IMG/VR virus record: IMGVR_UViG_3300042519_001698
Reading direction: 5' to 3' (one strand)
Source: a virus
Length of the DNA: 64,000 bases
Shown: in pieces, positions 9,804 to 21,036 of the stretch
Position numbering within the stretch: the stretch's first letter is position 1
How the letters are laid out: each line of letters opens with the position of its first letter
Notes under the pieces: generated by a model
Seen by the model: the letters and a program-made list of their open reading frames with translations, nothing else
Told to the model about the DNA's origin: nothing
Database searches by the model: none
Translations under genes and position numbers: made by a program

Positions 9804-12697
9804 ACCTCAATAGCATGAAATGCATAATCGTGACCATTTGTTTCGATTATTTCATCCTCATTACTAATTGTACTATTTTCTTGTAAGGAAACAACCTTTC
9901 TATTGTAATCAACCCAATATGGGTCTACTAATTTTATACTATCCTCAACATACATGAAGAAAGGGTCTCTACCAACTCGATTCCAAAATAAGACTTCACT
10001 ATCGGATAATGTCATAACCTCATCAAACTTATCTTGACCTTCTTCTTTAAGTGGAAATCCATTTACCAATTCACATTGACCTTTAGTAAAGTATTGTCTG
10101 TCTTTAGGATCCTCAATTAAAATATCATCTCTAATCTCAGGTTTAAACACACATAACAAAGGTTCCATTCTTTTATTGAAATTACTTAAGTAACGAGCAA
10201 CATTATAATCACCCGTTAAATTTGGATTGTCAGTAATTTCTTTTTCGGGAATCATGTAACAATTCACTTCTATAAAATTATTAGGCATCGGGTAACCATT
10301 TTTTTCGGTGAATTCTTCTTGTTGTCTCTTAGTTGGTTTTGTGATTTTTGTCACATCACCCGAAGATTTCTTCACACCATTATTCACGTAAAATATCGTA
10401 TCACCTAAACCAGCGGGGTGGTCATTTTGAATAATCAATTCCATATGTGCTTGACGTGACATTAGTGAACCCGCTTTTGTTGTTTTTTGAATATATTTTT
10501 TATAATCATTAACAGATTGTTTAACACGTGCTTTATTTGCAATTTTAGCTAATGGTATTTCTTTATTGTAAATTTTATTTACATAATTGTAATATAACTC
10601 AACAAATGAATGTCCATCACCATTTAACAAATACTTTAAACCTTCATCTAAAAATTCAACTATATATGTTTGTAATTTTTTTGATTTAATTGTATTACCT
10701 GTTAATTTAATTTTCTCCTTACCTTTCTTCATCATTTTAATGATGTAATTTTTACGAGATACATTAATACAAGATGGTGCAACATAGTCAATATCTAATC
10801 CCATTTCATTTCTCATAAAGATGTCATTAAACTCAGCAGTGTCCGCCTCAATACCTTTATATTCTTTTCCTAACGTAACCATTTCATTTAATCCTTTACC
10901 TACATATATTGTATCATCAATATTCAATGGAGTTTCAAAGTTCACACCATCCGTATCCATTACAAGAGGTTTATATCCTTTCTTCATGTAGAACATAATC
11001 ATCATTCTTAAACACTGGCGACCAACACAAGTAATAGTTTCACCCATATTCATATCACCCCAAGGAAACACGTGTGGTGCAGATAAACTACCAAAATAAG
11101 CGTTAATAAAAATCTTAATTGGTAATTGTTTTCTATCATACATCTCCGCCTGAACAGGATCTGTTTTTGCTAACGTACCAGCAAGTAATTTATATTTGAT
11201 ACGAATGTCTCTAAAATATTTTAACATTGACTTTTGTACTCCCATTACATCACATTCAGGAAATACATCATATACAAGTTGAATAGATGGGTAAAGTGAT
11301 GCGTAGTCAAACTTAACTATGTTTTTTGAATAACCAACGTTCAATAATCTTGATAAACCCCCCGTGATTGCACGTTTCTCATCTTTTGCTGGAATTGCTA
11401 AATTATTTTCATAACTCCATGCTAACATGATAATCTTCCACAATGTTGCGGTACCCATTGTTGCAATACGTTCATATGTTGTAGGTACCAATTTAGAAAG
11501 TAAGAATGTTGATTGAGAGAATGAATCATCTACAATCATTGTTTCATACAAGTCATCGTCAAGATATTGTTCTACAATTTTTCTACCTGGCCATATTTCA
11601 AATTTACCAGGAAATTTTTTTAACAAATCTTCAGTGCCGGGTTCACCAATCTTTTTATAACCACCCGTCTTTGGATTTACATAATAACTTTCATTATCAA
11701 GATATATTTTAGAAATTTTCCCACCATCAACGTAAACCCGATTAGGTTTATCTTTTTCCAAATATGTTGTGATGTATTTCAAACCCCAAGATTTAATTTC
11801 GGAGTTGATTGCCTGAGCACGTCTTACTGAATGTGCAATATCAATAATATTAAACCCCCAAATAACATGTTGTTTATATGGTTCAACCTCATTTGCAAGT
11901 TTTAACATTCCTTCTTTCTCTTTCATACCTTGCGATGTGAAGATTTGTGTTAAACCATCAACATCAACACCAAGTATCTCTGCCCGTTTTAATATAAACG
12001 GCCAGTCAAAAAATGCTGAGTTATAACCCGCAACAATTGTTGGTTTTAAATCTTTTATGTATTTGAAAAATCTCTCAATACATTTCTTTTCACCATCTTC
12101 ACCAAATGCGGGGATTGTTTCATTTAAACCACGGTTATCTTTAACCCCAATTAATATAATAACACAAGTTTCGGGGTCAAGACCTGTGGTTTCAATATCG
12201 AATACAAATCTATTAACTCCTGAATATTCATCAACACCCTTAAACAATCTTTTTTTCTTTTGAATTAGGTATTGTTCTACGGGATTCAATACTGTAAAAT
12301 ATTGTCGGTATTTTTCATCCCATGGATTCAATCCACCCATTCTAAAAAATGAAATTAAATCTGTATATGACTTAATACTTTTAACAAGGTGAGTCATACC
12401 ATTTTCCAATCGTTCATTACCTTGGGTTTCTAATTTTTCAATTAAAATCCCAAATTCCCCCATTCTTCTCTTTTGAACTGATTTAGACCCACCATAAAAA
12501 TTTAAACCCGACAAGTCACCAACCCAAATAAATGGTGTGAATGTGTCTGTTTTAATGATTTTACCCTGAATTGGGTCTTGGATGATTTTGTAAATTGTGT
12601 TGGATGGATAATCGTATTCTACACCTACGATAAACTCTTCAGGGTCACCCCCATTAAGGAAGCTTTCAATAACTTCCTGTGAAATTACTTCTTTCAT
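9800..12697 (-). CDS. Family B DNA polymerase with 3'-5' exonuclease
   Basis: FDIETTG, YNSAFFDWPF, FDYASLYPS, KQLPIKIFINAYFG, MDTDG. Confidence 0.95.
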   Translation of the reverse strand: MKEVISQEVIESFLNGGDPEEFIVGVEYDYPSNTIYKIIQDPIQGKIIKTDTFTPFIWVGDLSGLNFYGGSKSVQKRRMGEFGILIEKLETQGNERLENGMTHLVKSIKSYTDLISFFRMGGLNPWDEKYRQYFTVLNPVEQYLIQKKKRLFKGVDEYSGVNRFVFDIETTGLDPETCVIILIGVKDNRGLNETIPAFGEDGEKKCIERFFKYIKDLKPTIVAGYNSAFFDWPFILKRAEILGVDVDGLTQIFTSQGMKEKEGMLKLANEVEPYKQHVIWGFNIIDIAHSVRRAQAINSEIKSWGLKYITTYLEKDKPNRVYVDGGKISKIYLDNESYYVNPKTGGYKKIGEPGTEDLLKKFPGKFEIWPGRKIVEQYLDDDLYETMIVDDSFSQSTFLLSKLVPTTYERIATMGTATLWKIIMLAWSYENNLAIPAKDEKRAITGGLSRLLNVGYSKNIVKFDYASLYPSIQLVYDVFPECDVMGVQKSMLKYFRDIRIKYKLLAGTLAKTDPVQAEMYDRKQLPIKIFINAYFGSLSAPHVFPWGDMNMGETITCVGRQCLRMMIMFYMKKGYKPLVMDTDGVNFETPLNIDDTIYVGKGLNEMVTLGKEYKGIEADTAEFNDIFMRNEMGLDIDYVAPSCINVSRKNYIIKMMKKGKEKIKLTGNTIKSKKLQTYIVEFLDEGLKYLLNGDGHSFVELYYNYVNKIYNKEIPLAKIANKARVKQSVNDYKKYIQKTTKAGSLMSRQAHMELIIQNDHPAGLGDTIFYVNNGVKKSSGDVTKITKPTKRQQEEFTEKNGYPMPNNFIEVNCYMIPEKEITDNPNLTGDYNVARYLSNFNKRMEPLLCVFKPEIRDDILIEDPKDRQYFTKGQCELVNGFPLKEEGQDKFDEVMTLSDSEVLFWNRVGRDPFFMYVEDSIKLVDPYWVDYNRKVVSLQENSTISNEDEIIETNGHDYAFHAIEV

Positions 12698-12727
12698 TAT
12701 GATTTTTTTTAATTTGACGTATTAGCT

Positions 12728-12742
12728 TGTGGATAATCCACA
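12728..12742. promoter_or_regulatory. Perfect palindrome TGTGGAT-A-ATCCACA upstream of the polymerase gene
   Basis: 7-1-7 inverted repeat about 30 nt before the polymerase ATG; contains an exact TTATCCACA on the minus strand. Confidence 0.5.
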
Positions 12743-12821
12743 GTTTGCCTTGATTACTTATAAATAATAAGAAAAAAAGTCCGTATTAAAAAATGTGTAA
12801 ACTATTTATAAAAAAAAGGTT

Positions 12822-13481
12822 ATGTCAAAATACGATAGTCTATTTGAAAAGGGGTATTATTTCGGAGATTTAAGTGAAATGTCATTTGACATGGATGAAT
12901 ATAATAAAAAATGTAAGGAAGTAATGGCATTTGCTGACGATAAGGAAAAATATTTTGAATATTTTAATATTGCACGTGATTATTTACCCCATAGAATACC
13001 ATATAGTGAAAGACAAGAAAGACTTAATTATCTAAAAAATAACCCAAATATTGACCCATTTAATTCCTCTAATAATTTAAAATATAATAATGAAACCATA
13101 CCATATTTAAATTATTTTACAGACCTTGTTTATGATTTTATACCTAATGTATATCCACATTTAACTAAAGATATGTTAGGTATTAGCCCTGGAATTCAAA
13201 TGTACCAAGACGGAGATTATCAACAATCACATTTTGATGGTCATATAGACCTATGTGTTTTTCTTTTGTATTTTTCTGACCCATCAACATATAACTATAC
13301 TGGTAGATTACAAATAGTAGAAGGAAAAAGTCCTGAAAAAATAATTGATATGGTGGACCCGATAAATGGTAAATTTGCAATGTTTGACACCGTAAATCAT
13401 AATCCCGAACATAGGGTTGAAAAGGTTACGGGTGATTTTAAAAGATTCTCTTTTTTAGGACAACTTTCTGTACTTAAATAA
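12822..13481 (+). CDS. 2OG-Fe(II) oxygenase
   Basis: H-x-D (SHFDG), distal H (PEHRV), 2OG-binding R (KRFS). Confidence 0.8.
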   Translation: MSKYDSLFEKGYYFGDLSEMSFDMDEYNKKCKEVMAFADDKEKYFEYFNIARDYLPHRIPYSERQERLNYLKNNPNIDPFNSSNNLKYNNETIPYLNYFTDLVYDFIPNVYPHLTKDMLGISPGIQMYQDGDYQQSHFDGHIDLCVFLLYFSDPSTYNYTGRLQIVEGKSPEKIIDMVDPINGKFAMFDTVNHNPEHRVEKVTGDFKRFSFLGQLSVLK

Positions 13482-13842
13482 TATTAATATAAAGTTTTTC
13501 TTTAACGGGTAATATTAATTTACCCAATTGCGTACATAACCCGTCTGTAAACTGTATGTTAATTCTCCCTTCATATTTCCCAACTTCTGATGTTTGTCCC
13601 TCTGTAAATCTATATATGATGTAATATTCGTCAGTTGTTTGATTATATAATTTTGTTCTTGTTGAAACATTACATGTTTCACCCAACAAAACAGGTTCCC
13701 CTGTTATAACATCAAACATATCAAATGTTATTATGGCGGTTTCTAAATCATCATTAAATGATGTTTTATCATTTTTACCGTCATCTAATAACCTTAATTT
13801 TAATATTGGATCTGACGACCCTTTCCTTATATGGAATTCCAT
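13474..13842 (-). CDS. BppU N-terminal-like baseplate/structural protein
   Basis: FHIRKG...P.LKLRL...G.YEG.INIQF...LILP pattern. Confidence 0.5.
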   Translation of the reverse strand: MEFHIRKGSSDPILKLRLLDDGKNDKTSFNDDLETAIITFDMFDVITGEPVLLGETCNVSTRTKLYNQTTDEYYIIYRFTEGQTSEVGKYEGRINIQFTDGLCTQLGKLILPVKEKLYINII

Positions 13843-14084
13843 TACTTAATTGTTAAAATAAATTCGTTACCTGATAAAAATGGTGCATTATCTTCATTTT
13901 TTAATTCATTTGACTTACAGTAAAATTCTTCTTTTACTATTTCAAATGGAAATCCCATTTCATCTTTAATAACACCTTTAATATGTTCAACCGTTAATGG
14001 TTCATTAGTGTTAAAAGTTTTTTGAAACCTTTTAATTTTTTGTTTGTTTTTGATGATTTTAACATCAATATCTAATATTTTCAT
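13842..14084 (-). CDS. Hypothetical protein
   Basis: 80-aa ORF translationally coupled to its neighbour. Confidence 0.65.
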   Translation of the reverse strand: MKILDIDVKIIKNKQKIKRFQKTFNTNEPLTVEHIKGVIKDEMGFPFEIVKEEFYCKSNELKNEDNAPFLSGNEFILTIK

Positions 14085-14103
14085 AATCTATTTTTTTTAA
14101 TTT

Positions 14104-16206
14104 TTAGTCATTTTGATAAATCCAATCATTCGTAGATTCTTCACTACTATAATCTTGAGTTGTTACTGATGTAATAGTATCTTCACTAACTAAATAAACT
14201 TCAACCGTATCATCCCCATTATAGTTCATAACAACAAATCTATCTTTAACACCATATGTATTATCCCAACCATTAGTCCAAGTTGTTGTTTCACTGTTTA
14301 ATAATGTTCCAGAAAAATTATACAATCTTATTTTAGTTACACCACCGTTAGTTTCATTATATACAAACATAAACTTGCTCTCACCAACTGAAATATCAAA
14401 ACTATTATACTCAGGGAAACTAAACTCACTAGTTATTCCGGTTGATGTTAATACTCTAAAATCTATTTGGTCGGTGTTAAATAAAACCGTTGCACCATTG
14501 TACTTGTCTGTGCCTGAGAAATGGGAATCTGTGTAATTAAAATTATTATAATAATCTGTTGAGGTAAATCCTGTACTACCACTATATACATAAAATCCAA
14601 GATCACCCTCCGTTCTGATTGTAAGATAGGCGGTTTCACCAAAAGAATACATAGTTGAACTATAAGCTGAGATTAAACCGTAATCGTTTATTTCATCAAT
14701 TACAACACCTAATTCGTTAATTAATTTGTAAGTTACATTGTTATTACTATTAGTAAAAATCTGTACAGCCGTTCTATTACCCAATGAATTCCAGTTCAAA
14801 TTAGTAACACCAGATACACTAACATTCATACTTTCTATACGAGTACTACCAGACATAATGGTTAACGTAGATACAATACCATCACCATTTACACACGGTG
14901 TTCTATAAATGTCACTTAATTGACCGTATGGTTGAATTGTTTTTGATTCATCGTTTGCGAATGTATATGTACTAAAAGATGTTTGATTATTGAACATATA
15001 CATAATGTCACAGTATGTAACATCCACACCAAAAGTATTCCAATTATAAGTGTCATAAAAATTTATTACAACACCACCATCATTTCCCTCACTATCTGGA
15101 TATAAACCAGAATCTCCATCTATATCGCTTTCAGTATATCCTGTACCTCTAGCGTGTGATGTTTCAATTAAGTTTGATGTGTTACCATTATAACTTATTA
15201 TTTTATATGGTGTTTCTACGTTATTATCATCCCATAGTAATATGGTATATTTGTTTGTTCCGTGAAATTGGTCATTATAATCGCTATATGTGGCACCAGT
15301 TAATGAAACCGTCTCTAAAATGGTTCCACTTGTGTTATATATTTCAAAATTTGTGAATGTACCTGAGGTACCTTGAGCTTCAGTTAAAACAGCAATAAAA
15401 TCAGATGAATTTGTCATTTTATGTCTAATGTATGTTCCATCTGTCCAAGTTTTAAATAAAGTTGTTGTACCGTCAGTTGGATTAACTATGTGTGATGTAC
15501 CTGGTCCATTGTATGTCCATCCACTTAAAGGTGGAACTTCCCATTTTTCGATAATCATTGTACCATCAGACGTGACTGCATTAAAATTCCACTCAATATC
15601 AATACTATATAATGCTGGGTTCCAAGTGTATGTGTATACTGACACACCATCTGAGTAAGTAAACACACCATTATCCACATCTTCAAATGTAACCCACTTA
15701 CCATCTAAATCGTTACCACTATAACCATTAGTTGTACCACTATATCTTCCAATTTCTTCGTGAATGGCATTTGTGAATATCACTAATCTATCATCACCAT
15801 CGTCAACACCTGTGAAATAGTGCATATAACCTGAATTATCTAACACATATATATTCTGATTATTCCATACATTAGTATCAACACCTAAGTCAATAATTTC
15901 TGCGGTTAAAACATCAAAATTTAAAAACGCAGCACCGTAGTTGTCAGAACCAACCATTCTATTTTGATAAACAAACGATTGAACAGAGGCATCTGGTTCA
16001 GGTATATTAAACGTGTATGTGTAATCATACTCAGCAAAGTAAAGGTTATAGTCACCATACGGGTGTGTATTGATGTTATTGAAAGGGATTGTCTTGGTTC
16101 CAAGGTTTTCCGTGGTTCCAGATGTTAATCCTGTATATGGGGTAAACGTTACTGTTGCCGTTTTACCACTTAGATTGTTACTTGTTATTCTTGCTCCTAC
16201 TGCCAT
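14104..16206 (-). CDS. Large beta-rich T/N/G/S-rich putative virion protein
   Basis: 700 aa, composition typical of tail/fibre proteins; TATTTATA motif upstream. Confidence 0.6.
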   Translation of the reverse strand: MAVGARITSNNLSGKTATVTFTPYTGLTSGTTENLGTKTIPFNNINTHPYGDYNLYFAEYDYTYTFNIPEPDASVQSFVYQNRMVGSDNYGAAFLNFDVLTAEIIDLGVDTNVWNNQNIYVLDNSGYMHYFTGVDDGDDRLVIFTNAIHEEIGRYSGTTNGYSGNDLDGKWVTFEDVDNGVFTYSDGVSVYTYTWNPALYSIDIEWNFNAVTSDGTMIIEKWEVPPLSGWTYNGPGTSHIVNPTDGTTTLFKTWTDGTYIRHKMTNSSDFIAVLTEAQGTSGTFTNFEIYNTSGTILETVSLTGATYSDYNDQFHGTNKYTILLWDDNNVETPYKIISYNGNTSNLIETSHARGTGYTESDIDGDSGLYPDSEGNDGGVVINFYDTYNWNTFGVDVTYCDIMYMFNNQTSFSTYTFANDESKTIQPYGQLSDIYRTPCVNGDGIVSTLTIMSGSTRIESMNVSVSGVTNLNWNSLGNRTAVQIFTNSNNNVTYKLINELGVVIDEINDYGLISAYSSTMYSFGETAYLTIRTEGDLGFYVYSGSTGFTSTDYYNNFNYTDSHFSGTDKYNGATVLFNTDQIDFRVLTSTGITSEFSFPEYNSFDISVGESKFMFVYNETNGGVTKIRLYNFSGTLLNSETTTWTNGWDNTYGVKDRFVVMNYNGDDTVEVYLVSEDTITSVTTQDYSSEESTNDWIYQND

Positions 16207-16277
16207 GGTTTGTTAATTTTTGTCTATTATAAATACTTTATTTTGATGTATCTTTTATTATTTGTTCTTTTTTATTT

Positions 16278-19202
16278 TTAGGAACCGATTTGTAATCTTA
16301 TCGAATCACTTCCCCAATCATACAGATAAGTACCAAGAGTTAATCCCATACTTGATATTGTTTTGTTCGCAAATGTTGCGGTTCCACTTAATGGACTACC
16401 CGAAGTATAACCTATCGGTAAAATTATATCTTTACCTAGTGACCCATCCTGAATACCAAATGTTTGTCCTGAGTATGATGTTGGTGCTGTATATCCTGAA
16501 CCGAAACTATTTGGGTAAACATTTAGATTATTTCCAAAAAATTTCCTAGCAAAAAATAGATTAGATTGACCAATTACCCAATAACCCAACGTACCGTTAA
16601 TACCTCCGGCTGTTTGTACTGAACCTTCAATTAATCCTGTTAGGTTAAGAGAACCGGAACCTGACATTATAACGTCAGAACCAACCTCTAAAATTGTTAC
16701 CACAAGACCTGATGTAGGTGTTGGAGTAGGTGTACTCGTAGGAGTTGGGGTATTTGTTGATGTTGGAGTAGGTGTATTTGTTTCCGTCGGAGTTGGTGTT
16801 GGTGTTGGTGTCTCTGTCGCCGTAGGTGTTGGTGTAGGTGTTTCTGTTGGCGTTTGCGTAGGGGTCTCTGTTGGTGTAACAGTATTCGTTGGCGTTGGCG
16901 TCGGTGTGGGTGTACTAGTTGGAGTTGGTGTAGGACAAATCCAAGTGGTTACTGAATCATTATAGTTTTGTAAAACATCTGAAGATGAAATTGCACCATC
17001 CCATATTTCTAATCTACCAAATTTAAGTGCGGAATATGTTCCATCATCTAAGTTCGTACTATCTGTAGCACCTATTGCATAATATAAACCATTACTACTT
17101 TGGTACGGTGCCTCTCTAACAACTGTTGATGAACCAGCACTTTGACCATTTACGTATGCGGTTAAAGTTGTGTTGTTGTATACAAATCCAATATAATACC
17201 AATTATTAAGGGGTGTTGATATTGATGATGTTATTTCACTACCATATGGCCATACACTAAACTTTAATGTTCCACTAACCATTTCAATTTGTGAATCGTG
17301 CCAACCAATGTTTAAAACAGCACTACCTTGTTCACTCAATATTACACCATTATCTGTTAAATAAACCCAAAGAAATATAGATGTATCTGTAGAATCATAA
17401 AGTGTATTAATTGAGGTGTTGGTTAAAATATATTGACTGGTACCGTTCAACACTATTGACGAAGTACATCCATCATTTTGATATGATGGTGAACCAATTA
17501 TACTTGCATTTGTGTTACCCAAAATGTCCGTAACCGTTGTTCCACTTCCAGAATATGATATTGAATCATTTATGTTTAAGTCAACAATTTTGTTATATGG
17601 TACCATTGTTGGTGTTGGTGTCGGTGTTGGTGTACTCGTTGCAGTTGGAGTTGGTGTTTGGGTTGGTGTTTCAGTATTTGTAGGGGTTTGAGTTGGTGTA
17701 ACAGTATTTGTTGGTGTTGGACTTGGTGATGGTTGTAATAATGAATAACTTAAATCATTATTTGGTATTAATGTGTATGTAGAATCTGCATTAGGAATTA
17801 ATGTATAGTTAATATCATTGTTAGGTAATAAAACATATATTAAATTATCAGGTATTAATGTATGGGTTAAATCATTTGTTGGGATTAACGTATATGTTAA
17901 ATCATCATTTGGTATTAACAAATAAACTAAATCATCATTTGGAATAATAACATAGGTAAAATCATTTTCAGGTACAGGTGTAACAGTTGGTGTAGGTGTA
18001 ACAGTTGGTGTAGGTGTAACAGTATTTGTTGGAGTTGGTGTAACAGTATTTGTTGGTGTAACACTTGGAGTTGGTGTAACAGTATTTGTTGGTGTAACAC
18101 TTGGAGTTGGTGTAACAGTATTGGTTGGTGTTGGGGTTGGTGTTGGGGTTAATAAAACACTATTACAATCGTAAATTGAATAATTTACTTTATTTAACGT
18201 TAAATAAAGGTGTTTTACATGAACAAAATTTAACGGCTCTTCATAGTATTGAAATTTTCTTATTATATAGTCCGTCAAATTATTACCAACAATTTGAACC
18301 ATTCGAGTAACCGATTTTCTTAATGATGGAATAACTTCTTCCCAATTCTCAATTTTATAAATTGGTTTACCATTAAGGTAAATTTTTAATCTACCAAGTC
18401 TCCTATGTTGTTCTCCCGCCCATTTTTTATTTAATTCCTCAATAAACTCATATTCAGGTGTTGATCCCGATACTATTATATCATATGAGTTCGTAATCGT
18501 ATAACCTGTTGCAATTTGATTTGCTGTCGATGCAGATAAAGGAGATGTATATGGTACTGCATGAGGACCTAATATTAAATCATTATAACCCCCATAATTT
18601 TCAATCTCACATTCTCTATCAAAATACACATATCTTTCAAAAGTTACGGTAATATTATAATTTCCCGATATGATATATAATGGTATTTGTCTGGTTTGAC
18701 CTGTTGATAGGTAATAACTTTCCGTATAACCCGAATCTGCTGAACAATTTCCCGAATATCTATACGCCTCCCATTTTATCCTATTATCCGATGTAAATGA
18801 AAAAGATAAATTATTATCAGCATAATTGTGAGTTAAAATATCATTTTTAATACCTAAATAATAAAATCTTGATTCAACGGGTGCACCACTAAATACAAAA
18901 TCCAAGGTCCAACCCTTTTCTGTTCTTCTTCTAATTAGATAGTTACAACTTTGAGTTAATCCAGTGTATTGTTGATTAACATTATTTTCCCAAGGATATG
19001 TTGGATTAAAACAATCCGAATCAAGAACTAAACTGTCATAATCAATAGGAGTGTTGAAATCTAGAACCTCACAATCATAATCATATTGTATTTTTGATAG
19101 TTCATAGTCATATAACTCTGAGTAATCTACCTTTAAATCAAGTTTGGAACCGTAAAATGTTAAAATATTCTGACTAGCCATACATTCATAAATATCTTTC
19201 AT
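16278..19202 (-). CDS. Multi-domain putative virion/fibre protein with LamG (ConA-like) domain, Pro-Thr linkers and 10-aa repeats
   Basis: LamG signature ([10 protein letters not shown]...LTAYVNGQ...IGA...[15 protein letters not shown]); three (PT)n tracts. Confidence 0.75.
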   Translation of the reverse strand: MKDIYECMASQNILTFYGSKLDLKVDYSELYDYELSKIQYDYDCEVLDFNTPIDYDSLVLDSDCFNPTYPWENNVNQQYTGLTQSCNYLIRRRTEKGWTLDFVFSGAPVESRFYYLGIKNDILTHNYADNNLSFSFTSDNRIKWEAYRYSGNCSADSGYTESYYLSTGQTRQIPLYIISGNYNITVTFERYVYFDRECEIENYGGYNDLILGPHAVPYTSPLSASTANQIATGYTITNSYDIIVSGSTPEYEFIEELNKKWAGEQHRRLGRLKIYLNGKPIYKIENWEEVIPSLRKSVTRMVQIVGNNLTDYIIRKFQYYEEPLNFVHVKHLYLTLNKVNYSIYDCNSVLLTPTPTPTPTNTVTPTPSVTPTNTVTPTPSVTPTNTVTPTPTNTVTPTPTVTPTPTVTPVPENDFTYVIIPNDDLVYLLIPNDDLTYTLIPTNDLTHTLIPDNLIYVLLPNNDINYTLIPNADSTYTLIPNNDLSYSLLQPSPSPTPTNTVTPTQTPTNTETPTQTPTPTATSTPTPTPTPTMVPYNKIVDLNINDSISYSGSGTTVTDILGNTNASIIGSPSYQNDGCTSSIVLNGTSQYILTNTSINTLYDSTDTSIFLWVYLTDNGVILSEQGSAVLNIGWHDSQIEMVSGTLKFSVWPYGSEITSSISTPLNNWYYIGFVYNNTTLTAYVNGQSAGSSTVVREAPYQSSNGLYYAIGATDSTNLDDGTYSALKFGRLEIWDGAISSSDVLQNYNDSVTTWICPTPTPTSTPTPTPTPTNTVTPTETPTQTPTETPTPTPTATETPTPTPTPTETNTPTPTSTNTPTPTSTPTPTPTSGLVVTILEVGSDVIMSGSGSLNLTGLIEGSVQTAGGINGTLGYWVIGQSNLFFARKFFGNNLNVYPNSFGSGYTAPTSYSGQTFGIQDGSLGKDIILPIGYTSGSPLSGTATFANKTISSMGLTLGTYLYDWGSDSIRLQIGS
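16720..18150 (-). repeat. Coding Pro-Thr microrepeat tracts (~16720-16930, ~17610-17730, ~17975-18150)
   Basis: ggtgtt/ggtgta/ggagtt hexamer runs encoding TPTPT. Confidence 0.85.
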
Positions 19203-19234
19203 AACATTTGATATTTATATAAAAGTCCATTTAG

Positions 19235-20011
19235 ATGAATAATTTTATAAAACAGGTAATTGAGGAGAAATTTGCGTCAAAAGCACAACAAAGATTCTTC
19301 TTCGCTAAGGCGAATGAAAAGGGTAAACCTATGAAAGAAAAGAAAAAATGGGGTAAATGGGCGAAAGAATTTTCCGATAAAACTAATTTTGAAGAAATTC
19401 CCGATAAGAAAGAAAAGGAGGTTGATGAAATTGTTGACGCTTCGGGTAATATTGAAAGAGGTACCAAGCCAGGAAACCCTAAAGCATTTGTAACTCAAGA
19501 TAGAACAACTGATGAGGTGGTTAAAGCGACACGACCACAACAAGGTAATTACGGTACTAAAATTTCTAATTTTGTTAGATACCCAATTGAAGAAGAAGTA
19601 CTAACCAAAGAACAAGTAATGGAAATTGCAATGAAAGATTCATTGGGTTACCAAGAAACCTTAGGTGCGGACGCTGATTACGATGAAGCTGAAGAATATT
19701 TTGAAAAAGAATTAGAATTACCTGATGAAGAAGTAAAAGACAGAATGGGTAAAATGGGATATGATGAAGATTTACCTGAAGATATGGTAAGACTTGTTGA
19801 AAACCCTAAAAAATTCATGGAGGAATATATTGAAAGTGTTCTTTCTAAAAGAAAAATGGATGATGAGATAGTTACAAGAGAAGGTGAACAAACCGAAGAG
19901 AAAGAAATAAACCCAATAGTTTTAAAACAATTAAAATCGTTAAAAAGTAGTCTTGAAAGTAATAAACTTACTGTAAATGACATTTTGAAACATTTAAAAG
20001 ATAATGAATAA
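19235..20011 (+). CDS. Hypothetical acidic protein, probably late/head-associated
   Basis: 258-aa ORF; TATTTATA at 19212. Confidence 0.75.
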   Translation: MNNFIKQVIEEKFASKAQQRFFFAKANEKGKPMKEKKKWGKWAKEFSDKTNFEEIPDKKEKEVDEIVDASGNIERGTKPGNPKAFVTQDRTTDEVVKATRPQQGNYGTKISNFVRYPIEEEVLTKEQVMEIAMKDSLGYQETLGADADYDEAEEYFEKELELPDEEVKDRMGKMGYDEDLPEDMVRLVENPKKFMEEYIESVLSKRKMDDEIVTREGEQTEEKEINPIVLKQLKSLKSSLESNKLTVNDILKHLKDNE

Positions 20012-20498
20012 AGATTTAAAAGATAGGGTTTTTGATTTACCTCAGAATATTCTTGACAAAATAAACCACACAATAAATGGTTTAAACGGTCAGCATTTTC
20101 ATGGTTTAAATAGAGCTCAGAAATTATTAAATGATAAACAAGTAAAATACGGACAACTTAAAAGAATTATACATGACTTTCAAAATGTTGATAAGATTAG
20201 TGATAGAATTAGGTATGACTTGTATGGTGGTGAGTTAATGGAGAGATGGGCTAAACAATTTTTACAAGGAGAAAGGGATTTAATTAGTAATCAAAAAGAT
20301 AGTAGAAAAAGGGCGGACGATATTGGTGCAATTACAGGAGAAAGAAAAAATTCTCATTTAAAATCACATAGTAAGAAGGCCAGTTGGTTACCCCCACTTA
20401 ATTTAGTTAAAAGTAACTCACATAAAAATTCAATAACATCTCTTAAAATGGGTAAATTATTTGAAGAAGTTGAAAGAATAAAAAAATTAATGTTATAA
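20004..20498 (+). CDS. Hypothetical protein ending in EEVERIKKLML
   Basis: 164-aa ORF overlapping the upstream gene. Confidence 0.75.
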   Translation: MNKDLKDRVFDLPQNILDKINHTINGLNGQHFHGLNRAQKLLNDKQVKYGQLKRIIHDFQNVDKISDRIRYDLYGGELMERWAKQFLQGERDLISNQKDSRKRADDIGAITGERKNSHLKSHSKKASWLPPLNLVKSNSHKNSITSLKMGKLFEEVERIKKLML

Positions 20499-20499
20499 T

Positions 20500-21033
20500 A
20501 TGGCAAAGACACAATTAGAAATAATAGGAGAACAAATTAGAATTCAAGGACTTGCAATAAACACATATACAGGTAATAATGGATATGGTGTTACAAATCC
20601 TAATGCTATTTCTGATGGAGACGAAAAAGGTAAAGGGGAGAATCAAAATGGAGAAATTGGTTCCGATACCGACATTCAAACAAGAATACAAATTTTAGGT
20701 TCCAATAGATATGATAAAAATAATGGTTATGGTCTTACAAATGCTAATGCCATTTCTGATGGAGACGAAAGAGGTAAAGGTCAAAATCCAAACGGACAAG
20801 TCGGTTCCCAAACAGATATTTTAACAAGGAACGAGGTTATGGGTAGAAACAAATATGGAAATAATAATTCATATGGATTAAATAACCCCGACGCAATATC
20901 TGATGGAGATGAATTCGGTAAAGGACAAAAAGGTGATAATGGTACTGTAGGTTCATTAAGTGACATTAATAATAGAAAAGATAATCTCGGAAGAAATAAA
21001 TTTAATTTTGAAAAGGGATACCCTGATTTTTAA
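20500..21033 (+). CDS. Gly/Asn-rich protein with three 48-aa repeats
   Basis: tctgatgga (SDG of NAISDGDE.GKG) recurs at 20611, 20755, 20899 (144-nt period). Confidence 0.8.
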   Translation: MAKTQLEIIGEQIRIQGLAINTYTGNNGYGVTNPNAISDGDEKGKGENQNGEIGSDTDIQTRIQILGSNRYDKNNGYGLTNANAISDGDERGKGQNPNGQVGSQTDILTRNEVMGRNKYGNNNSYGLNNPDAISDGDEFGKGQKGDNGTVGSLSDINNRKDNLGRNKFNFEKGYPDF

Positions 21034-21036
21034 TAT

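Noticed and set aside
5785-12697. Eukaryotic giant-virus (NCLDV) origin suggested by PolB and SNF2
   Set aside because: T4-like sheath, portal, MCP, protease and TerL, bacterial promoters and intrinsic terminators show a tailed bacteriophage
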